A stretch of 45,211 nucleotides of DNA, taken from Acidobacteriota bacterium. GTDB taxonomy: Bacteria > Actinomycetota > Acidimicrobiia > Spongiisociales > UBA11373. Positions 9,618 to 19,615 of the stretch are shown one piece after another. Every line of letters begins with the position of its first letter. Position 1 is the first letter of the stretch. The position numbers were made by a program, and so were the translations under genes. A model generated the notes under the pieces. That model saw only the letters and a program-made list of their open reading frames with translations, was not told the origin of the DNA and did not search any database. Location of the stretch: the NCBI GenBank assembly GCA_022571885.1, contig JACZWZ010000004.1, positions 1 through 45,211 on the forward strand. The letters run 5' to 3'.

Positions 9618-10529
9618 CTACAGGTAGTCCAACCAATCGCGGTACTGCTCCAGCTTCCCGCCGGCGGCGTCGCTGAACAGCTCCTGGGCGCGGCGGGTAA
9701 TGGGACCCGGCTTGCCGGAGCCGATCGGGTGGTCGTCGACCTCCCGCACCGGAGTCACCTCGGCCGCGGTGCCGGTGAGAAACAACTCATCGGCTTCGAA
9801 GAGGTCGGCGGGGAGAATCGACTTCTCGACGATTGTGTGCCCATCATCGGTAAGCAGTGTCATCACCGATTGCCTGGTGATCCCGGCCAGGCAACCGTCC
9901 GAGAGGGGCGGGGTCATCACCTGACCATCCTTTATCAGAAACAGATTCTCGCCGGCGCCCTCCGACACGTTCCCGTCGCTCGTCAGCAAGAGTGCCTCGT
10001 CGTAGCCTTCCCGCAACGCCTCCTGGTTGGCCAGGACGGAATTGATGTACGGACCGGTTGCCTTGGCCGCCGGAAAGGACCGGAGCGAGATGCGCGCCCA
10101 CGAGGAAACCTTGACCCTGATACCGTTGAGGAGACCCTCCTCACCGAGGTAGGCGCCCCACGGGAAGGCAATGATCGACGTCCTGAGCCGGGCGCCGGAG
10201 GGATTGAGCCCGATGGTGCCGAGTTCGTAGAACGAAATCGGTCGGATGTAGCAGGACTCCAGTTCGTTGTCGGTGACCGTGTCACGCACTGCGACCACCA
10301 ACTCATCCACCGAGTACTCGATCTGCATCGAGTAGGCACCGGCCGAGACCAGCAGGCGCTTCATGTGGTCGCGCAGTCTGAAGACGGCAGTCCCATCGTC
10401 GTTCTTGTACGCCCTGATGCCTTCAAAGACCCCGGTTCCGTAATGGAGGGCGTGGGTGAGCACGTGGACCTTGGCCTCGGCCCAAGGGACGAGTTCGCCA
10501 TCCATCCAAATGCTCTTTGTCGGCTCCAT
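9618..10529 (-). CDS. ilvE: branched-chain amino acid aminotransferase
   Basis: HALHYGTGVFEGIRAY, YIRP, AKATGPY, EGAGENLF, LAGITR, TGTAAEVTPV. Confidence 0.95.
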   Translation of the reverse strand: MEPTKSIWMDGELVPWAEAKVHVLTHALHYGTGVFEGIRAYKNDDGTAVFRLRDHMKRLLVSAGAYSMQIEYSVDELVVAVRDTVTDNELESCYIRPISFYELGTIGLNPSGARLRTSIIAFPWGAYLGEEGLLNGIRVKVSSWARISLRSFPAAKATGPYINSVLANQEALREGYDEALLLTSDGNVSEGAGENLFLIKDGQVMTPPLSDGCLAGITRQSVMTLLTDDGHTIVEKSILPADLFEADELFLTGTAAEVTPVREVDDHPIGSGKPGPITRRAQELFSDAAGGKLEQYRDWLDYL

Positions 10530-10631
10530 CTACGCCTGCCTCCGAGAGGGTGAACGGGGAGGTTAGCGACTGGCCTCTCCCGACGATCACCTGACGCAGA
10601 AGGACGCACCGGGAGCGATATCCTGACCTGC

Positions 10632-11531
10632 ATGACCGACGCCGCGATCGATCTCTCATCTCTCACCAAATCGTATGGGAAGGCTCGCGGCATCGTCGAT
10701 CTCGACCTCGAGGTGAAGACGGGCGAGGTCTTCGGGTACCTGGGGCCGAACGGTTCCGGGAAGACCACAACCATTCGAACCCTGCTCGACCTCATCCGCC
10801 CGACGTCGGGTACCGCCACCGTTCTCGGCCTCGATGCCCAGAAGCATGCCCTCGAAATCCGCTCTCGAACAGGGTATCTCCCCGGGGAACTCAGCCTCTA
10901 CGAGGAGATGACCGTTCAGGAGTCGCTCGACTACCTGTTTGCGTTACGCGGCGGGGCGGGAACAGACCGGATGAAGGAGCTCTGCGACCAGTTCGAACTC
11001 GATCCGACCCGCAAGATCAGAGACCTTTCCAGCGGTAACAAGCAGAAGATCGGGGTCATTCAGGCCTTTGCACACCAGCCGGAGCTGCTCATCCTCGACG
11101 AGCCGACGAGCGGCCTGGACCCGCTGATGCAGCAGAAGGTGTACCACCTCATCGACGCCGCCCGCGACGAAGGAAGAACCGTGTTCCTCTCGTCTCACGT
11201 TCTCCCCGAAGTGGAAAGGATCGCCGACCGGGTGGGGATCATCCGCAAAGGCAAGCTGATCGAGGTAGCCACCGTCGATGAACTGAAGGATCGAGCCGTT
11301 CGGGTGGTCGAAGTGCGATTCGGAAGCGAAGGACCCGACGAACAGACTCTGCTGAAGGCGGACAATGTCGTCTCTGTCGAGCAGCGCCGCACCACCGTGC
11401 AGATCCGGATCGAGGGGTCGATGGACGCGCTCATCAAGATCCTGGCCGGGTACGAAGTGGTTGCAATGCGCAGCGAAGAGGCCGACCTAGAAGAGGTCTT
11501 CCTCGACCTGTACCGGGAGGATGACGCATGA
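10632..11531 (+). CDS. ABC-2 type transporter ATP-binding protein
   Basis: GPNGSGKTT, LSSGNKQK, LILDEPTSGLDP. Confidence 0.93.
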   Translation: MTDAAIDLSSLTKSYGKARGIVDLDLEVKTGEVFGYLGPNGSGKTTTIRTLLDLIRPTSGTATVLGLDAQKHALEIRSRTGYLPGELSLYEEMTVQESLDYLFALRGGAGTDRMKELCDQFELDPTRKIRDLSSGNKQKIGVIQAFAHQPELLILDEPTSGLDPLMQQKVYHLIDAARDEGRTVFLSSHVLPEVERIADRVGIIRKGKLIEVATVDELKDRAVRVVEVRFGSEGPDEQTLLKADNVVSVEQRRTTVQIRIEGSMDALIKILAGYEVVAMRSEEADLEEVFLDLYREDDA

Positions 11532-12325
11532 CCGTCTTCCGGCACACGATTCGATCCCGCCGGCGCTCGATGATCGGTTGGTCGCTCAGCCTCATCGGCC
11601 TCATCGGCGTAACCGTCGCCGCCTACCCGTCGATTGCCGGTCAGGAAGGGTTCTCGGACATCATCGATGAATACCCCGAGTTCGTGCAGGAGATCCTGGG
11701 ACTGGGCTCGGGCCTGTCGATCAACGAGCCGGCCGGATACCTCAACAGCCAGTTCTTCTCGAACTTGCTCCCGCTCCTGTTCATCATCTTCCTGGTGTCG
11801 TTCGGAGTCCGGGTGACCGCAACCGATGAGAGGGACGGGACCCTAGATCTGATCACCGCCCATCCGATCCCCCGACGACGCCTGATGCTCGAAAAGGCTC
11901 TAGCGGTGCTGACGACCGGCGCCTTCCTCGCCCTGCTCTCGATCCTCACCTTCGTGATCTCGACACCGCTGGCCGGGATGGAGATCTCCCTCAGTGCACT
12001 GTGGGGTGCGACGGTGTCGGTGTTCCTGGTCGGAGTCCTCTTTGGCGGTCTGGCGTTCGGCATAGGTGCCGCCACCGGGAGCCGGGGTAGCGCCCTGGGG
12101 ATCACCTCGGGGCTGGCCGTTGCGACCTTCATTCTCTGGGGGCTGGCTCCTTTGATCGACGCCATCAACCCACTCGAGCGCCTCAGCCCCTTCTTCTGGG
12201 CCCTGACCGGCGACCCGATCCTCAACGGCGTACAGGCCGGAAACGCACTGCTGCTCCTTGGAGTGGGAGTCGGATTCGCCGGGGCCGGGATATGGATGTT
12301 CGATCGACGCGATATAGCCGTCTAA
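11528..12325 (+). CDS. ABC-2 type transporter permease
   Basis: About 6 TM segments, ERDGTLDLITAHP, C-terminal FDRRDI; overlaps the ATPase stop. Confidence 0.9.
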   Translation: MTVFRHTIRSRRRSMIGWSLSLIGLIGVTVAAYPSIAGQEGFSDIIDEYPEFVQEILGLGSGLSINEPAGYLNSQFFSNLLPLLFIIFLVSFGVRVTATDERDGTLDLITAHPIPRRRLMLEKALAVLTTGAFLALLSILTFVISTPLAGMEISLSALWGATVSVFLVGVLFGGLAFGIGAATGSRGSALGITSGLAVATFILWGLAPLIDAINPLERLSPFFWALTGDPILNGVQAGNALLLLGVGVGFAGAGIWMFDRRDIAV

Positions 12326-12327
12326 GA

Positions 12328-12431
12328 AGTCACCAGTCACCAGTCACCAGTCAGAGAAATCCAGGACCAACAATCGAGTCGACGCGGTGTCTGGCTGGGG
12401 ACTGGGGACTGGGGACTGAGGACTGGGGACT
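12328..12431. repeat. inverted heptamer-repeat hairpin (AGTCACC)n ... (GACTGGG)n
   Basis: 3.5 units at 12328-12352 and ~5.5 units at 12393-12431, between convergent genes. Confidence 0.85.
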
Positions 12432-12433
12432 CC

Positions 12434-13213
12434 TCAAAGCGTCTCCTCAAAGAAAGTCTCCAACCGCCGAAACCATCGCGCCGCATGACTCCACTCGGTG
12501 TGGGTACCGGGCATGAACACCAACTCCTTGGGACCGACGAAGGCCTCGTACAGGGCGAACGCGGCGTGACGCGGAACGGTCTGGTCATCGTCGGCATTCA
12601 GCATCAGTACCGGCCGGTCCCCTATTTGCGGGGCGTGCACCGCGGGGTCGGTGATCTCCAAGACCGCCCGAGTATCAGCGTCGAGCGGACCAAATCGGTC
12701 GGGATACGACACCCGGGTCGAACCGGCTATGACGATCGCGGCAGCCCGGATGCGGTCGTCGCTGGCAACCAGTGGTACTCCGAAAAGGCCGCCCATTGAG
12801 AATCCGGCGTACCCCACCGGCCTGTCGGGCCAACGCGATTCGATCACATCGAGCAGTTGTCGATGATCCCTCACCCACCTCACCATCAGGTCGACCAACG
12901 TGCCGACCGGGGCCTCGATGATTCGGGCGTCATTCCTGTCGCCGTGATAGGGGGCGTCCATACTCACCACCGCAGTACCGTCCCGGGCAAATGACTTGCC
13001 CGAGACTTCTATGTAGCGGGCCCGGCGGCTGTTATCGGCACCGTGACCCACGACGACGATGCGCTCGACTTCATCGGGGACGTAGGCATCGATAAGCACC
13101 CGATCCCCGGCCGAGCCCTGGAGCGCCCAGGTTTCGACCCGGTGGTGCTTGCCGGCTTTCTCACCTACCTGCTCGACGGTGTGGCCGGACCCGTAGGAGA
13201 AGTCCAAATTCAC
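12434..13213 (-). CDS. alpha/beta hydrolase
   Basis: HG oxyanion motif, GFSMGG nucleophile elbow, D and H candidates (DQTVP, PGTH). Confidence 0.85.
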   Translation of the reverse strand: MNLDFSYGSGHTVEQVGEKAGKHHRVETWALQGSAGDRVLIDAYVPDEVERIVVVGHGADNSRRARYIEVSGKSFARDGTAVVSMDAPYHGDRNDARIIEAPVGTLVDLMVRWVRDHRQLLDVIESRWPDRPVGYAGFSMGGLFGVPLVASDDRIRAAAIVIAGSTRVSYPDRFGPLDADTRAVLEITDPAVHAPQIGDRPVLMLNADDDQTVPRHAAFALYEAFVGPKELVFMPGTHTEWSHAARWFRRLETFFEETL

Positions 13214-14007
13214 CGTTCCAGGATCCGAACCTCGTCGTGACGAACCGAGCCACCGAGCGTCGCCCTATCCGGCGACCAGGAAAGCTGGATCGTCGACGGG
13301 TGCCCGATCTCTTCTCCCTGATGGATCGTCACCTCGCCCTCCGACTCTCCCTCGAAGACCCTGACCGCGGCATAGGCAGAGGCAGCACTCCCCGTCGCCG
13401 GATCTTCCGGGATGCCGGCATCGGCTGCAAAGAACCGCACCCGGAGATCATCTGCCTGAGATCCGATGATGTACGCCATCCCGGCGCCAGACGTGCCCAG
13501 TTTGGAAATGTCCGGGGCCGCCTTCGAAACCGCCTCGGCCGTGCCCAGATCGAGCACCAGATACGGCAGCGGCATCATCGCCCACCATGCCCGCACCGGC
13601 TCGGGAAGCCCTACCTCATCTGCGATGGCCGCGCCGTCGTCGGCAATCCGGACATCGGTGACCAGCGGGGTATCGACCCAGGCGCCGTCGGGATCCGAAC
13701 GGAACGGGATCGAGCCGACGCCACACGTCATCTCGTTGACGGTGCCGGGCCCGATAGAAGCAAGCACCCATGCCGCCCCAACCAATGGGTGACCTGCAAA
13801 GGGCAGCTCGATCTCCGGAGTGAAGATTCTCACATGGGGCGTTCCCCCATCCAACCAATCGATGAAGACCGTCTCCGAGAAGCCCAACTCGGCCGCGATC
13901 GTCTGCATCGTCTCGTCGTCGAGCCCGGTGGGGTCGTTGACCACACCGAGATGATTTCCTCCGATTTCTCCCCGGGTGAAAACCCGCAGCACGTGACAGG
14001 GACGCAT
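13210..14007 (-). CDS. PhzF family isomerase
   Basis: GGNHLGVV, ELGFSETVF, RIFTPEIELPFAGHPLVG, EDPATGSA, QGEEIG. Start at MRPCHVLRVF. Confidence 0.9.
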   Translation of the reverse strand: MRPCHVLRVFTRGEIGGNHLGVVNDPTGLDDETMQTIAAELGFSETVFIDWLDGGTPHVRIFTPEIELPFAGHPLVGAAWVLASIGPGTVNEMTCGVGSIPFRSDPDGAWVDTPLVTDVRIADDGAAIADEVGLPEPVRAWWAMMPLPYLVLDLGTAEAVSKAAPDISKLGTSGAGMAYIIGSQADDLRVRFFAADAGIPEDPATGSAASAYAAVRVFEGESEGEVTIHQGEEIGHPSTIQLSWSPDRATLGGSVRHDEVRILER

Positions 14008-14101
14008 CCCGATGGACGGTAGTGGCAACCCACGCGACGAGCCGGCTCTGAGGACCGGCCCTACTCTTGCCAGAAAGCGACCGAGCGTTACTTGCCAGCC
14101 C

Positions 14102-14317
14102 ATGGACATCTTCAATCTCAACTCATTACTTGCACAGCTGCTCCTGGCACTAGGCGCCGCCCTCGTAATCGGGAATCTCTACGCCCTCATCCAGAATCGG
14201 CGCGGCATAAAGCCGAAGAACATGGACGGAGATCTACGCCGAGGCCGAGCTTGGTGGCTCATCACAGTCGGAATGGTCATCACCGTGTGGGCCGGAGCGA
14301 GTCTGCTCACCCTGTGA
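14102..14317 (+). CDS. small two-TM membrane protein
   Basis: 71 aa with two hydrophobic helices separated by a basic loop. Confidence 0.7.
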   Translation: MDIFNLNSLLAQLLLALGAALVIGNLYALIQNRRGIKPKNMDGDLRRGRAWWLITVGMVITVWAGASLLTL

Positions 14318-14340
14318 CCGGGCCTACGATGACGCCCAAT

Positions 14341-14411
14341 GCGGGTGTAGTTCAATGGCAGAACACAAGCTTCCCAAGCTTGATACGGGGGTTCGATTCC
14401 CCTCACCCGCT
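14341..14411 (+). tRNA. tRNA-Gly (anticodon CCC), CCA not encoded
   Basis: GCGGGTG acceptor stem pairs with CACCCGC; anticodon arm CAAGC-TTCCCAA-GCTTG; GGTTCGATTCC T-loop. Confidence 0.97.
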
Positions 14412-14414
14412 CGA

Positions 14415-14441
14415 GCGCCCCACCACCTTTTGGCGGGGCGC
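14415..14441 (+). terminator. hairpin downstream of tRNA-Gly
   Basis: GCGCCCCACCA-CCTTT-TGGCGGGGCGC stem-loop with no clear U tract. Confidence 0.5.
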
Positions 14442-14491
14442 AGTCGTTAGTCCTTAGTCATTAGGAAGACTGGCGGGGGACTCTTCTGACC

Positions 14492-14539
14492 ACTCTCCCC
14501 TCTGGGGGGAGTCAAACGCCGAAGGCGTTTGGTGGGGGG
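14492..14539 (+). repeat. single copy of the REP-like repeat
   Basis: ACTCTCCCCTCTGGGGGGAGTCA-AACGCCGAAGGCGTT-TGGTGGGGGG. Confidence 0.9.
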
Positions 14540-14943
14540 ATCTTCGCACGACGACCCGGGGATGCTCGAACATGACCTGGAGCGGCCGACCGGCACCGAT
14601 TCGCATTCCGGGGACACGGGCCGGTCAGATCGGCGACTCCCGCCATCACGAGCCAGATGGGCAAATCGAAGCCGGCGGCCCCCGTTTCACCGATCCACTC
14701 TTCCAAGCGAGGCACGTCGAAACGATCTGGATGGTCTGAGACCGAGACTCATGTGCCTCGATCCGGTCGGCGTGGTGCCGACCGGTGTGAGCTCTGAGTG
14801 GATGAAGGGAGGGCGGGGAACCCCCATTGCTGGGCCGGCGAGCATACGGTCGCCGATTGGCGATGTTCCGCGCTCACTTGCGGCTCTGATCTACTAGGGC
14901 CATCCGGCCCTGGCGAGAGTCACCCGCTTGTCGCATCCTCCAC

Positions 14944-14961
14944 TTGTGAAGAATTTCACAC
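14944..14961. promoter_or_regulatory. Rex (redox-sensing repressor) operator
   Basis: TTGTGAA-GAAT-TTCACAC versus consensus TTGTGAA-N4-TTCACAA, about 20 nt upstream of hemN. Confidence 0.75.
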
Positions 14962-14980
14962 GGTCCTTTGAGCACAGGCC

Positions 14981-16363
14981 GTGATCGAGGTCACCCCCGA
15001 GTTACTCGCCAAGCACGACCGGCCGGGCCCCCGCTATACCTCCTATCCGACCGCCGTCGAGTTCACCGATGCCTTTGGACCCGACGACTACGAGGAACGG
15101 CTAACAGCAGCAGCCGAGAGATCGGTAGATGCCCTGTCACTCTATGTGCACCTTCCCTTCTGTGAGGCCCGCTGCTCGTTCTGTGCCTGTCATGTCGTCG
15201 TCACCAAACGCCCCGAAATCGCCGACGCCTACCTGATCCGGGTAGTGGCCGAAGCAGCGCTCATCGCCGAACGGCTCGGCGAGCGACGCCGACTCGTCCA
15301 GTACCACTTGGGCGGCGGGACCCCGACCCATTACCCACCCGAAGTCCTCATCGGCCTCCACGACAGCCTCCTCGGCCACTTCGACCTGGATGACGACGCC
15401 GAGGTCGCCATAGAGGTCGACCCGAGAGTGACAACCTCGGAGCATCTAGCGGCGTTGGCGCACGCCGGTTTCAACCGCCTCTCGCTGGGGGTCCAGGACC
15501 TCGATTCGGAGGTGCAGCGACTCATCGGACGGCACCAGACCCGCGAACAGACCGAGGCGCTCTACTACGAAGCACGGCATCTCGGATTCGAGTCGATCAA
15601 CTTCGACCTCATCTACGGACTCCCCGGCCAAGACTTGGACACGCTCCGCCGAACACTCGATGCCGTCATCGACCTGCGGCCCGACCGGCTGGCCGTCTAT
15701 TCCTTCGCGTTCGTGCCGTGGATGTGCCGACACCAACGCCGCATCGACAAGTCCCTGCTACCTGAAAGGGGGGCCAAGTTCGCACTACTGGCGACCGTCG
15801 TATCCACACTCACCGAGGCCGGCTACCAGTACATCGGCATGGACCACTTCGCCCTTCCGGGCGATGGGCTCGCCCGAGCGGCTGCCAACGGGACGCTCAC
15901 CCGCAACTTCATGGGTTACACCACCAAGCGCGGCACCGACTTGGTCGCGCTGGGGTCTTCGGGAATCTCCGATGTCGACGGTGCCTACGCCCAGAATCAC
16001 CGCCGCCTCGCGTCCTACTACCAGACGGTCGACGCCGGGAACCTCCCCATCGAACGGGGCTACCACCTCCGGGAGGACGACCGCATCCGACGACAGGTCA
16101 TTACCGAACTGATGTGCAACGGCAGCGTCGACCTTGCCGCCTCCGGGTCTCGGTTCGGCATCGACGGCCCCTCCTACTTCGCTGACGAGTTGGCGGAGAT
16201 GTCCTCGCCCGGTGGGCTAGTCGCCGAGGGCCTGGCAATCCTCGACGGAACCACCGTGCGCGCTACCGACCTAGGAATGCTGTTCGTGAGGCGGCTGGCG
16301 TCGGTATTCGACGCTCATGCCGTCCGCCGAGGTGCTCGCCCGGCCTTTTCCAAGACGGTATAG
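14981..16363 (+). CDS. hemN: oxygen-independent coproporphyrinogen III oxidase (radical SAM)
   Basis: GPRYTSYPTA, YVHLPFCEARCSFCAC (CX3CX2C), GGGTPT, IGMDHFA, RNFMGYT. Confidence 0.92.
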   Translation: MIEVTPELLAKHDRPGPRYTSYPTAVEFTDAFGPDDYEERLTAAAERSVDALSLYVHLPFCEARCSFCACHVVVTKRPEIADAYLIRVVAEAALIAERLGERRRLVQYHLGGGTPTHYPPEVLIGLHDSLLGHFDLDDDAEVAIEVDPRVTTSEHLAALAHAGFNRLSLGVQDLDSEVQRLIGRHQTREQTEALYYEARHLGFESINFDLIYGLPGQDLDTLRRTLDAVIDLRPDRLAVYSFAFVPWMCRHQRRIDKSLLPERGAKFALLATVVSTLTEAGYQYIGMDHFALPGDGLARAAANGTLTRNFMGYTTKRGTDLVALGSSGISDVDGAYAQNHRRLASYYQTVDAGNLPIERGYHLREDDRIRRQVITELMCNGSVDLAASGSRFGIDGPSYFADELAEMSSPGGLVAEGLAILDGTTVRATDLGMLFVRRLASVFDAHAVRRGARPAFSKTV

Positions 16364-16615
16364 GGAGGGCCAACTCTGGCCCTTGGTTCACCTCCACCTG
16401 CCTGCGTGGACGTACACGCCAACTCAATGGTGGGCTCCTCCCCTCTTCGGCTCGGCCGTCACCGCCACCTCCACGCATTCGGGTAGGTGGGCCGACTGTG
16501 CCGGAGCATCCCCATCGGAAGCAACTCTTAGTGAAGGTCCCGCATCAAGGCGGCGGAAAACTCGCACGGGTCGGTTCGGTCATCCGCTCAGCTGCCGTTC
16601 GATTCGGGTCATCGA

Positions 16616-18088
16616 TCACCCCTCCGCCGGATACAGCAGTGGGTGCCTCCGCACCATCCAGGCTTGATCATCGCTCATCATCGTCCCGTCGCCATCGTGA
16701 AACATGAAGTTGTCGGCATCCAAACCGTCGCATTCGATCAGATCGACCAAGCCGTCGCCGTTGGTGTCGCGCTCTTCGTAGCGACACTCCGGGGTGTCGT
16801 CGAGTAGGTCAAAGAAAAGACCATCGTCCTCGCTCGTGTGATAGAGACCCAGGTGATGGCCGGCCTCGTGCCATACGACGATGGCGCGGGCAAACAGGTC
16901 GCGCCCCGGATCGTCGGGATCGGGAGCGGCCATTCCGGCCACACATGACAGATCGGATCCGGCGAGCATTGCCGTCCCCGGTAGCCCGGCGGCGCTGCCC
17001 TCGATGATGAACTCTGGATCGTCGCCTTCGAGACGATCGACAATGGCGAAGTTGAGTGCTCGCACCTCACCCATCGAGGCCGACATCTCACGGCACAGCG
17101 CTCGCAGATCGGCGTCGGTTCCGCCCTCGGCGAACTCGAGCACCGCGTATCGATCGATGATTTCGGCGGGGGGATCTATGAACGTCATCGTGCCGATGGC
17201 GATCCCGTGACGACCCAACATCTCCTCGCCTACCGAGCGAAAGCGCTGTTCCAGCGCCACCAGGTCGAACTGTTCGTGGGTCGCCATCCAGAAGACGACA
17301 TCGAGCACCTGCGGTCCGCCGGCGGTGCCCGAACGCACCAGGGCCCCGGAGGCGACGATCTCGCCCGTGGCCTCAAAGGCGACGACATACTCGCCGAACT
17401 CGAGATCGACCTGCTCCTTGATCGGTGCATAGACGGCAGCCTCGCCGAAGTTGGAGAGTTCGCCGTACTCCAGCCCGATCGCATCACCCACGTCCACACC
17501 CGACGGCGACACCACGCTGGTGATGAACACTTGGGCGTCGGGGTCTCCGGTACGGGCGAACGCCAGAAACGAGATGTCGCCCGGGCCTACCTCCACGAAC
17601 ACTCGACCTTTGCGACCCAGCGCCCCGCCATCGATTCGGCGCACGTCGGCCGCCGCAGCATTGAAAGCCGGCGGAGGCTCCGGGTCGGGGGCAACAGACG
17701 TCACCGGGGACCCGGCGGTCGGATCCAGACCGGACTCGGCCAGCGCCAGGAGATCGGCGTAGAGAGCATCGTCGATGGCATCGACCAACTCAACCGCCCT
17801 TGCGTAGTCGAGCGCCTCTACGAATTCGACGTCGCCGGCAACACCGACCCCGTCGATCAGGGCGAAATACTCGTCGTCGTCGAGTGAATCCAACAGGGCA
17901 AAAATGTCGTCTGCCGAAAGCCCGAGCACGACTTCGACGACGGTCGGGAAAGGATCCTGCACCTCGGTCGTCACCGTCGGATCGACCCGATCGACCGAGC
18001 CGGTCGGGTCGCGGTCGATGGTTGTGTCATCGCCACAGGCGCCGATCAATAGCAGCAGGGCAACAACGATCGTGATGCGGCGTGACAT
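16616..18088 (-). CDS. lipoprotein with C-terminal metzincin-type zinc metalloprotease domain
   Basis: Lipobox LLIGAC; HEAGHHLGLYH (HExxHxxGxxH); downstream DNFM candidate Met-turn. Confidence 0.8.
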   Translation of the reverse strand: MSRRITIVVALLLLIGACGDDTTIDRDPTGSVDRVDPTVTTEVQDPFPTVVEVVLGLSADDIFALLDSLDDDEYFALIDGVGVAGDVEFVEALDYARAVELVDAIDDALYADLLALAESGLDPTAGSPVTSVAPDPEPPPAFNAAAADVRRIDGGALGRKGRVFVEVGPGDISFLAFARTGDPDAQVFITSVVSPSGVDVGDAIGLEYGELSNFGEAAVYAPIKEQVDLEFGEYVVAFEATGEIVASGALVRSGTAGGPQVLDVVFWMATHEQFDLVALEQRFRSVGEEMLGRHGIAIGTMTFIDPPAEIIDRYAVLEFAEGGTDADLRALCREMSASMGEVRALNFAIVDRLEGDDPEFIIEGSAAGLPGTAMLAGSDLSCVAGMAAPDPDDPGRDLFARAIVVWHEAGHHLGLYHTSEDDGLFFDLLDDTPECRYEERDTNGDGLVDLIECDGLDADNFMFHDGDGTMMSDDQAWMVRRHPLLYPAEG

Positions 18089-18234
18089 ATGGTCAGGACT
18101 TCCCTTCGAGACGCCGGGAGCCTACGACACCTCTGTGGGCAAACGATGTGCTTCGAACTGGCCCTCCAGCGAGTACCAGTTACAGTCCGACGCGCGGCCC
18201 ACTCCGGGTCCCCTTACCCCACCAGGTGTTTCCA

Positions 18235-18765
18235 ATGTTGCTTACCGTCCTCGGCGTCGCTCTCGTCTTCTTCATGCGTGTTATCGATGTGTCGATCAAC
18301 ACGGTGCGGATAGTCGTGGTGATGCGCGGTCAGATCCGCCTCGCCGCTCTGCTCGGATTCTTCGAGTCGCTGTCGTGGATCACCGCCGCATCGCTGGTCT
18401 TTGCCAACCTCGGCAATCCGGTGCGAGCCGTGGCCTTTGCGGCCGGATTCGCCACCGGAGTTCTCGTCGGTGGGTTCGTGGAGCGCCGCCTGGCAATGGG
18501 GACAGCCTTCGTGCGGGTAGTGGCTCCGCTGGACACCGATCAGGTCGCACCCCGCCTCCGTGAAGAGGGTTTCCCGGTCACGGTGGTGAACGCACACGGT
18601 CGAGACGGCGAGGTTCGACTGTCGTTCATGGTGATGCCTCGCAAGAGGGTCCAGCAGGCGCTGGCGACCGTCCACGAGGTCAACCCGGAGGCCTTCGTAA
18701 CCGTCGAGGAGGTCAACCTCCCCAATCTCGAGCGGCTGCGGCGGAGCACCTCGGTTCGGAAGTAG
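18235..18765 (+). CDS. DUF2179/DUF5698-type membrane protein
   Basis: RVIDVSINTVR, LLGFFE, AFAAGFATG, LREEGFPVTVVNAHGRDG, VNPEAFVTV. Confidence 0.85.
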   Translation: MLLTVLGVALVFFMRVIDVSINTVRIVVVMRGQIRLAALLGFFESLSWITAASLVFANLGNPVRAVAFAAGFATGVLVGGFVERRLAMGTAFVRVVAPLDTDQVAPRLREEGFPVTVVNAHGRDGEVRLSFMVMPRKRVQQALATVHEVNPEAFVTVEEVNLPNLERLRRSTSVRK

Positions 18766-19015
18766 TCCGGCCGCGACGGGCGCAACTCATGCCGCCGCCG
18801 GGCTCACCGAGAGTGAAAGCCAGCAGCAGATCGACGGACTGATTGCCACATTCGGAACCGAGGGCGGCGACTGACGGCCCGGTTCTGAGGTCACAGCCGG
18901 TCTCTGCGACCGTGTCCCCCAGCGCGATACGGGATCGGACGCGAGAACGAGGCCCGGCCGGGCCTCGTTCTCGTCGTCGTCGGATGGAGAGCGACGAATC
19001 TCGTGGAGTTCGCTC

Positions 19016-19615
19016 CTAGGCGGAGATGGCCGTCCCCTCAACCGGAGGCTGACCGCCGAACCCACTCTGCCCACCGGGGCCACCTCGGCCGCCGCGCTGG
19101 CCGGCGTCTTCGGGGATCTCGCGGTTCACCATCTCGGTGATCTTCTCCGTCACCTCGGCGAGCTTCTCGTCCGCCTCGGCTTGGTCGATCTTGCCGTCTG
19201 CGACCGCTTGGTCGAGGCGCTCCTCGGCCTGGCCGACCAGAAAGCTGATCAGTTCGGAACCACTGGAGCCGTTGGCTGCGGCCAGGTCGGCCAGGGTGTC
19301 GTACTCCTGCAGCGCCTCACGGAAGTCGTCTACTTCCATTCCGAGGAACTCGGCGACGGCACCCGGATTCGGGCCACGATGGCCCTTGCGGCCTCGGGGA
19401 TGGAACCCCTCGGCGAGGACCTCGGCAACTGCCTCGGCCTGATCCGCCGTGATCGTTCCGTCGTCGACCAGTGATTGGAGCTTCTCAGCAATCCTGGTCA
19501 CTGCGTTCTGGGCCGCCTCATCCGTCGACTCATCCGTCTGTGCCAGGGCGATGCCCGACATTGCGAGTGTTGCGACGACCAGGGCGGTGATCCCGATCTT
19601 GAGCGTCTGCTTCAT
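19016..19615 (-). CDS. secreted helical hypothetical protein
   Basis: Signal peptide MKQTLKIG...GIALA, RBS AGGAGG, internally repeated V.DG.I...QA/AEA motif, Gly/Arg-rich segments. Confidence 0.8.
   Translation of the reverse strand: MKQTLKIGITALVVATLAMSGIALAQTDESTDEAAQNAVTRIAEKLQSLVDDGTITADQAEAVAEVLAEGFHPRGRKGHRGPNPGAVAEFLGMEVDDFREALQEYDTLADLAAANGSSGSELISFLVGQAEERLDQAVADGKIDQAEADEKLAEVTEKITEMVNREIPEDAGQRGGRGGPGGQSGFGGQPPVEGTAISA

Noticed and set aside
14341-14411. tRNA-Gly as attachment site of an integrated island
   Set aside because: No integrase and no duplicated tRNA 3' end seen in the window.
14540-14940. ORFs or ncRNA between the tRNA and hemN
   Set aside because: No convincing coding signal or recognisable RNA motif by eye.
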